A stretch of DNA of 32,000 nt from assembly GCA_964640155.1 (NCBI GenBank), contig CAZXEQ010000002.1, forward strand, positions 360,001-392,000, given 5' to 3'. The notes below the pieces were generated by a model. It ran no database searches and had not been told where the DNA came from. It saw nothing but the letters and a program-made list of their open reading frames with translations. This document shows positions 26,889 through 32,000 of this stretch, piece after piece. This DNA comes from an uncultured bacterium (GTDB taxonomy: Bacteria > Auribacterota > JACPWU01). Positions within the stretch are counted from its first letter, which is position 1. Each line of letters starts with the position of its first letter. Position numbers and translations under genes: made by a program.

Positions 26889-27515
26889 ATGTCTAAGATT
26901 ACGCTTTTAGATTCAAAAGGAAAATCAATTGGAGAAAAAGAGCATACGCTTACTTTTACAAAAAGGCCGAATGCGCATGCTATTAAAAGTGCAGTGGTAG
27001 GCTTTCTTGCTCATCAAAGACAAGGAACAGCAAAGACAAAAACAAGAGGAGAAGTAAGTGGTTCTGGAAAGAAACCTTGGAAACAAAAGGGAACAGGACG
27101 TGCTAGATCAGGTGAGAGAACATCTCCCGTGTGGCGTGGAGGAGGAACGGTTTTTGGTCCTAAGCCTCACGAATACACCTATCTTCTGAATAAACGTGTT
27201 GCTTCTCTAGCAAGGGCTTCGGCTTTAAAAATTTATTTTGATGAAAATAAAGTTTTGGTTGTTAAAAATTTAAAAGTTGAATCTGCAAAGACGAAATTGG
27301 CAAAAGAGCTTTTAGATAATCTCAAGGTTCAAGGAAAAGTTTTAATCGTTGTTAAAGAAATTGATCCTAAGATGAGACTGGCTTTTAGAAATATTCCTCA
27401 AGTAGATCTCGTTCGATTGTCAGATTTAAATACTTATTCCATTATGACTCACTCAAAAATTGTTTTTTCAGAAGATGCTTTTGAGGGTCTTTCCATTTAT
27501 GAGGTTGAAGAATGA
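26889..27515 (+). CDS. rplD: 50S ribosomal protein L4
   Basis: KPWKQKGTGRARSGERTSPVWRGGG signature. Confidence 0.96.
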   Translation: MSKITLLDSKGKSIGEKEHTLTFTKRPNAHAIKSAVVGFLAHQRQGTAKTKTRGEVSGSGKKPWKQKGTGRARSGERTSPVWRGGGTVFGPKPHEYTYLLNKRVASLARASALKIYFDENKVLVVKNLKVESAKTKLAKELLDNLKVQGKVLIVVKEIDPKMRLAFRNIPQVDLVRLSDLNTYSIMTHSKIVFSEDAFEGLSIYEVEE

Positions 27516-27793
27516 AAGCAGCCTATAGCATTGTTTTAAATCCTGTGATTAGCGAAAAAGGAACGGATCTGACTCAAAAAGAAAATAAAATGATTTTTCG
27601 GGTTGATTCCAGGGCCAACAAAATTGAAATTCAAAAAGCGATTGAAGAACTTTATCCCGTTAAAGTCGTTCAAGTGAATACCGTTCGAATTAAAGGAAAG
27701 CCTAAGAGAATGAGAGCACAGCTGGGACAGACTTCAGGCTGGAAGAAAGCAATTGTTACACTACGCGAAGGCGACAAAATCGAATTTTCATGA
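27512..27793 (+). CDS. rplW: 50S ribosomal protein L23
   Basis: ATGA overlap with rplD. L23-like VISEKG...FRVD...KIEIQKAIEELY. Confidence 0.95.
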   Translation: MKAAYSIVLNPVISEKGTDLTQKENKMIFRVDSRANKIEIQKAIEELYPVKVVQVNTVRIKGKPKRMRAQLGQTSGWKKAIVTLREGDKIEFS

Positions 27794-27848
27794 AATTAAA
27801 TAGGAGATCATGCAAGGCTTAGAAATAAGGGCTTGCTGAGGAGCAAAT

Positions 27849-28670
27849 ATGGCATTAAAAACTTATCGTCCAATAACACCGACAAGACGGTTCACAACAG
27901 GTTATTCTTTTGAAGAGATTACTAAGAGCACGCCTGAAAAGAGTCTTTTGGAACGTATTCCTCGTAAGGGAGGCAGAAATTTTCAGGGACGCGTTACCGT
28001 GCGTCATCGTGGGGGTGGTTATCGCAAGATGTATCGAATTATTGATTTCAAGCGCGATAAGATTGACATCCCAGCGCGTGTGATTGGAATTGAATATGAT
28101 CCTAATCGATCTGCACGTATTGCTCTTTTGCAATATCGAGATGGTGAAAAAAGATATATTTTGTCTCCTCATGGATTGAAGGTGAGTGATGAGCTTATTT
28201 CATCCAATAATGCAGAACCCAAGGTTGGAAACTGTTTACCTTTATCAGCGATTCCTTTAGGAACTTTTATTCATAATATTGAATTGGTTCCTGGAAAGGG
28301 AGGACAGATTGTTCGAAGTGCAGGAGTTTCTGCTGAGTTGATGGCTAAAGAAGGCGATTATGCACATTTGAGACTTCCTTCTAAAGAAGTCCGATTGGTG
28401 AGGGCGATTTGCCGAGCTACGGTAGGACAGCTGAGCAATCCTGACCATATGAATGTTTCTTTAGGTAAAGCAGGCCGAGTTCGCTGGAAAGGACGTCGTC
28501 CTATTGTTCGCGGTGTCGCGATGAATCCAGTTGATCATCCGCTTGGAGGTGGTGAAGGTAAAGCCAATGGTGGACGTCAGCACTGTACGCCGTGGGGTCT
28601 TATCGATGGTACGAAAACTCGCAATAAGAAAAAATATTCGAATAAATATATTTTGGAGAGAAGGAAGTAG
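27849..28670 (+). CDS. rplB: 50S ribosomal protein L2
   Basis: RHRGGG...; [17 protein letters not shown] signature. Confidence 0.98.
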   Translation: MALKTYRPITPTRRFTTGYSFEEITKSTPEKSLLERIPRKGGRNFQGRVTVRHRGGGYRKMYRIIDFKRDKIDIPARVIGIEYDPNRSARIALLQYRDGEKRYILSPHGLKVSDELISSNNAEPKVGNCLPLSAIPLGTFIHNIELVPGKGGQIVRSAGVSAELMAKEGDYAHLRLPSKEVRLVRAICRATVGQLSNPDHMNVSLGKAGRVRWKGRRPIVRGVAMNPVDHPLGGGEGKANGGRQHCTPWGLIDGTKTRNKKKYSNKYILERRK

Positions 28671-28673
28671 TCC

Positions 28674-28958
28674 ATGTCAAGATCATTGAAGAAGGGTCCC
28701 TTTGTAGATGTTAAGTTGATGGAACGTATCGAACGTATGAATCGAGGGGGAGAACGACGTCCGATTAAAACATGGTCTCGTAGATCCATGATCAGTCCGG
28801 ATTTTGTTGGGAATACTTTTTCTGTTTATAACGGAAGGAAATTCATCACTGTTTTTGTAACAGAAAATATGGTTGGACACAAATTGGGTGAGTTTTCTCC
28901 GACACGTACATTTAGAGCTCATGGTCAACATACAGAAAAAGCAACTGCAAAGAAATAA
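28674..28958 (+). CDS. rpsS: 30S ribosomal protein S19
   Basis: [11 protein letters not shown]...[13 protein letters not shown] signature. Confidence 0.98.
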   Translation: MSRSLKKGPFVDVKLMERIERMNRGGERRPIKTWSRRSMISPDFVGNTFSVYNGRKFITVFVTENMVGHKLGEFSPTRTFRAHGQHTEKATAKK

Positions 28959-29020
28959 GAAGTTAAAATTCAAAAGTTTTAGCCAGAGGCTGATGCCTCA
29001 GGAGCAAAAGGATTAATGTT

Positions 29021-29377
29021 ATGGACGTTAAAGCGGTAGGAAGATTTGTAAGAGTTGCGCCAACCAAAGCAAGACTCATTGCCGATTCTATTCGAGGTAA
29101 GCTTGTTTCAGAGGCGTTGAATGTTGTTAATTTCTGTCCCCAAAGAGCAGGAGCAGTGGTCGGAAAAGTTTTGAAATCTGCTGTTGCGAATGCACAAGGG
29201 CGAGAGGGCATTAATTTAGACACTTTGAGAGTAGGGCGTGTTTGGATAGATGGCGGTCCTTTTTGGAAAAGGTTTCTTCCGGGTCCCATGGGCCGAGCAA
29301 CAAGAATTCGAAAGCGATTGAGTCATATTACAGTCGTATTATCAGATGATGTAAAGAAAGTAGCGCCTCGTTCATAA
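29021..29377 (+). CDS. rplV: 50S ribosomal protein L22
   Basis: RVAPTKARLIADSIRGK...GPFWKRFLPGPMGRATRIRKRLSHITVVL. Confidence 0.96.
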   Translation: MDVKAVGRFVRVAPTKARLIADSIRGKLVSEALNVVNFCPQRAGAVVGKVLKSAVANAQGREGINLDTLRVGRVWIDGGPFWKRFLPGPMGRATRIRKRLSHITVVLSDDVKKVAPRS

Positions 29378-29444
29378 AAGTATGATGCGTGGTGAATAAA
29401 GTAGAAAACAGGATTTTTAAGAAATACGTTTTTTGGAGAAAGTT

Positions 29445-30167
29445 ATGGGTCAAAAAGTTAATCCAATTGGTATAAGGCTTGGCATCAACCAGAATTGGCG
29501 ATCTCGATGGTTCGCAATGAGGAAAAATTATTCAAATCTTTTGAATGAAGATATTAAAGTTAGAAATTTTGTTAAAGAAAAACTTTTCTTTTCGGGGCTT
29601 GCAAAGGTTGAGATTGAACGTTTAGGCAATAAGCTGCAAGTCATTGTCTATACCGCTCGTCCAGGATTGGTTATTGGACGTAAAGGGGCTGAAATTGATA
29701 AGTTAAAGCAAGATTTAGGCGATTTGACAAAATGGGACGTAGAGATTGATATTAAAGAAATTAAACAGCCAGAAATAGAAGCACAACTTGTAGCTGAAAA
29801 TGTTAGTTTGCAACTTCAAAGACGTGTTTCCTTTCGAAGGGCAATGAAAAAAGCAGTTCAAAGTGCAATGTCTTCAGGAGCAAAAGGAATCAAAATTTGT
29901 TGTTCAGGTCGATTGGGCGGAGCTGAAATTGCCCGACGTGAAGTTTATAAAGAAGGAAGTATTCCTCTTCATACCTTAAAAGCAGTTATTGATTATGGTT
30001 TTAGCGAAGCAAAAACGACCTATGGTTTGATCGGAGTAAAGACATGGGTTTTTAAAGGATATCAAGCTGTTGAAAATATTGTGAAAGAGAATAAGAATAC
30101 TGATTCAGAAAAAGTTGAAGTAGCAGCAAAGGAGTCATCCCATGCCGTTGATGCCAAGCAGAGTTAA
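29445..30167 (+). CDS. rpsC: 30S ribosomal protein S3
   Basis: [13 protein letters not shown] start (GGAG 6 nt upstream; the track's TTG at 29433 is rejected). KH domain [10 protein letters not shown]. Confidence 0.97.
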   Translation: MGQKVNPIGIRLGINQNWRSRWFAMRKNYSNLLNEDIKVRNFVKEKLFFSGLAKVEIERLGNKLQVIVYTARPGLVIGRKGAEIDKLKQDLGDLTKWDVEIDIKEIKQPEIEAQLVAENVSLQLQRRVSFRRAMKKAVQSAMSSGAKGIKICCSGRLGGAEIARREVYKEGSIPLHTLKAVIDYGFSEAKTTYGLIGVKTWVFKGYQAVENIVKENKNTDSEKVEVAAKESSHAVDAKQS

Positions 30168-30558
30168 ATTTAGAAAAGTTCAAAAAGGATGTCGGGCGGG
30201 AAAAGCAACGCGAGTGACTTCTTTGAGTTTTGGTGAATATGGTTTGCAAAGTTTGGAAAGAGGGTGGATTACCAATATTCAGTTAGAAGCAGTTCGTGTG
30301 GCTGTGACGCGACATATGAAGCGAAAAGGGAAAATCTGGCTACGTATGTTCCCAGATAAACCTATTACTAAAAAACCAGCTGAAACACGTATGGGAAAAG
30401 GAAAAGGACCTACTGCGGGATGGGTTATTGTTGTTAAGCCTGGAAATATTTTGTTTGAGATCGAAGGTATCCCCGAAGATATGGCTCGGGATGCTTTGAG
30501 ACTTGGATCTTACAAGCTTCCTTTAAAGACACGTTTTATTGTGCGTCGACATTTTTAA
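30142..30558 (+). CDS. rplP: 50S ribosomal protein L16
   Basis: [16 protein letters not shown]...TRMGKGKG signature. AAGGAG lies 6 nt upstream. Overlaps the rpsC end by 26 nt. Confidence 0.96.
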   Translation: MPLMPSRVKFRKVQKGCRAGKATRVTSLSFGEYGLQSLERGWITNIQLEAVRVAVTRHMKRKGKIWLRMFPDKPITKKPAETRMGKGKGPTAGWVIVVKPGNILFEIEGIPEDMARDALRLGSYKLPLKTRFIVRRHF

Positions 30559-30594
30559 CGGTGACAATTTTATTTTGTGTGAGGAGTTTTTGAA

Positions 30595-30792
30595 ATGAAG
30601 ATTAAAGAAGTAAGAGAGTTGACAAAAGATGAACTTGATTTGAAACTTCGAGAACTTGGAGATCATCTCTTTAAGTTGAGAACTCAAGGCAAGACGGGGC
30701 AGTTAGAAAATTCTGGGAAAGTTCGCCAGACAAAAAGAGATATCGCTCAAGTGAAGACGATTTTAAGAGAGCAGGAGTTGAAGAGTGAATAA
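30595..30792 (+). CDS. rpmC: 50S ribosomal protein L29
   Basis: 65 aa; [10 protein letters not shown]...LFKLRTQ pattern; operon order. Confidence 0.93.
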   Translation: MKIKEVRELTKDELDLKLRELGDHLFKLRTQGKTGQLENSGKVRQTKRDIAQVKTILREQELKSE

Positions 30793-31051
30793 AACGGTTG
30801 AAGAAAGAGCAAGTCGAAAAGAAAAAGTAGGTGTGGTCATTGGCGATAAAATGGATAAGACCATTGTGGTTGAAGTTGAACGTAGAGAACCTCATCCCAT
30901 TTATGGAAAAGTAATCCGAAAAGTTAAAAAGTTTTATGCTCATGATGAGAAGCAAGAAGCCCAAACAGGCGATCGAGTTCGAATTGTCGAAACCAAGCCT
31001 ATTAGCAAGCTTAAACGATGGCGCCTTGCAGAAGTGTTAGGAAAAATTTAA
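30785..31051 (+). CDS. rpsQ: 30S ribosomal protein S17
   Basis: GTG start overlapping the rpmC stop. [27 protein letters not shown] signature. Confidence 0.95.
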   Translation: MNKTVEERASRKEKVGVVIGDKMDKTIVVEVERREPHPIYGKVIRKVKKFYAHDEKQEAQTGDRVRIVETKPISKLKRWRLAEVLGKI

Positions 31052-31060
31052 GGATCTTAT

Positions 31061-31429
31061 ATGATTCAGTTAAGAACAAGACTTGAAGTTGCAGATAACA
31101 CCGGAGCAAAAAAAGTAGCATGTTTTAAAGTGTTGGGTGGAACACGTCATCGATATGCTTCTGTCGGGGATGTGATTGTAGCTTCTGTGAAAGAAGCTAT
31201 TCCAGAAGGAATGGTTAAAAAGGGAGAAGTTGTTAAGGGAGTTGTTGTCAGGACTAAAAGGCATGTCAGTCGAGCCGATGGTTCTTACATTCGTTTCGAT
31301 TCTAATGCGATTGTGATTATTGATAATCAGATGAATCCACGAGGAACCCGAATTTTTGGACCAGTGGCACGTGAGCTACGTGAAAAAAACTTTATGAAGA
31401 TCATTTCTTTGGCTCCAGAAGTTCTATAA
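31061..31429 (+). CDS. rplN: 50S ribosomal protein L14
   Basis: [18 protein letters not shown]...[10 protein letters not shown] signature. Confidence 0.98.
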   Translation: MIQLRTRLEVADNTGAKKVACFKVLGGTRHRYASVGDVIVASVKEAIPEGMVKKGEVVKGVVVRTKRHVSRADGSYIRFDSNAIVIIDNQMNPRGTRIFGPVARELREKNFMKIISLAPEVL

Positions 31430-31459
31430 AAATAAAATGTAAAGTAAGAAGAAAATTCG

Positions 31460-31795
31460 ATGAAAACAGAAACAGTAAGATATAAAACTTATTTAAAAAA
31501 GAATGATGTGGTTTTTGCTTTATCGGGACGAGATAAGGGCAAAAAAGGAAAAGTTCTTCAAATTGTTCGAGAAAAGAATCGAGCTATTATTGAAGGTTTG
31601 AATTTTGTGAAACGTCATGTACGACCAACACAAGCCAACCCTCAAGGAGGATTGGTTCAGAAAGAGACATCTGTAAACATTTCCAATTTAGCTCTTTTTT
31701 GTTCGAATTGCGATAAACCTGTTCGTGTTGGATTTAAAATTTTAGAAAATGCAGACAAAGAGCGCATTTGTCGTAAATGTGGGGAGAAAATTTAA
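31460..31795 (+). CDS. rplX: 50S ribosomal protein L24 (with four-Cys C-terminal segment)
   Basis: KOW motif [21 protein letters not shown]-terminal CSNC...CRKC. Confidence 0.95.
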   Translation: MKTETVRYKTYLKKNDVVFALSGRDKGKKGKVLQIVREKNRAIIEGLNFVKRHVRPTQANPQGGLVQKETSVNISNLALFCSNCDKPVRVGFKILENADKERICRKCGEKI

Positions 31796-31798
31796 GCC

Positions 31799-32000
31799 AT
31801 GAGTCGTTTGATGGAGTCTTATCAAAAAGAAATTGCACCAGCTCTTATGAAGAGTTTGAATCTTAAGAACCCATTGCAAGTTCCTAAATTAGAGAAGGTG
31901 GTTATCAACATGGGCGTTGCTGAAGGTGCAAAAGATTTCGCGCTTTTAGAATCTCATGTCGAAGAGTTAGGTTTGATTACAGGTCAAAAACCCGTGATTA
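31799..32000 (+). CDS. rplE: 50S ribosomal protein L5 (3'-truncated by window end)
   Basis: Not in the track because it runs off the window. Hand translation: MSRLMESYQKEIAPALMKSLNLKNPLQVPKLEKVVINMGVAEGAKD...GQKPVI. Expected position after rplX. Confidence 0.9.
   Translation, partial: MSRLMESYQKEIAPALMKSLNLKNPLQVPKLEKVVINMGVAEGAKDFALLESHVEELGLITGQKPVI

Noticed and set aside
27810-27839. 9-codon mini-ORF (MQGLEIRAC) with AGGAG between rplW and rplB
   Set aside because: The SD spacing is only 3 nt and the ORF is too short to assess. It is most likely a chance ORF in the intergenic spacer.

Overview
AT-rich bacterial chromosome segment, Gram-negative type. EF-Tu carries a PVC/planctomycete-like replacement in switch I. 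Bases ~8.3-32 kb are one co-directional housekeeping block on the + strand: tRNA-Tyr/Gly/Thr, tuf, rpmG, tRNA-Trp, secE, nusG, rplKAJL, rpoBC, rpsLG, rpmJ, fusA, a second tuf, then the S10 operon and start of the spc operon through rplE (truncated at the window end). The first ~8 kb is accessory-like. It holds a partial alpha-2-macroglobulin-like gene, a P-loop-kinase/dCMP-deaminase fusion (AvcD-like architecture), a small OMP beta-barrel, an NtrC-type regulator missing its Walker B/GAFTGA segment in frame, a Nudix hydrolase, tRNA-Thr(UGU) with a duplicated 3' end, and rmuC. The most novel signal is a family of four GC-rich, covariation-supported structured repeats. They fill four of the five intergenic gaps between 1.3 and 5.9 kb, two of them flank the deaminase fusion, and I cannot assign them to any known RNA or repeat family. 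Other points: the two tuf copies look nucleotide-identical and their codon usage differs sharply from neighbouring highly expressed genes; a sigma-54-like promoter plus terminator could define a short sRNA next to the crippled sigma-54 activator; rpmJ sits in an atypical position. All calls come from reading the sequence and the ORF track; no searches were run.
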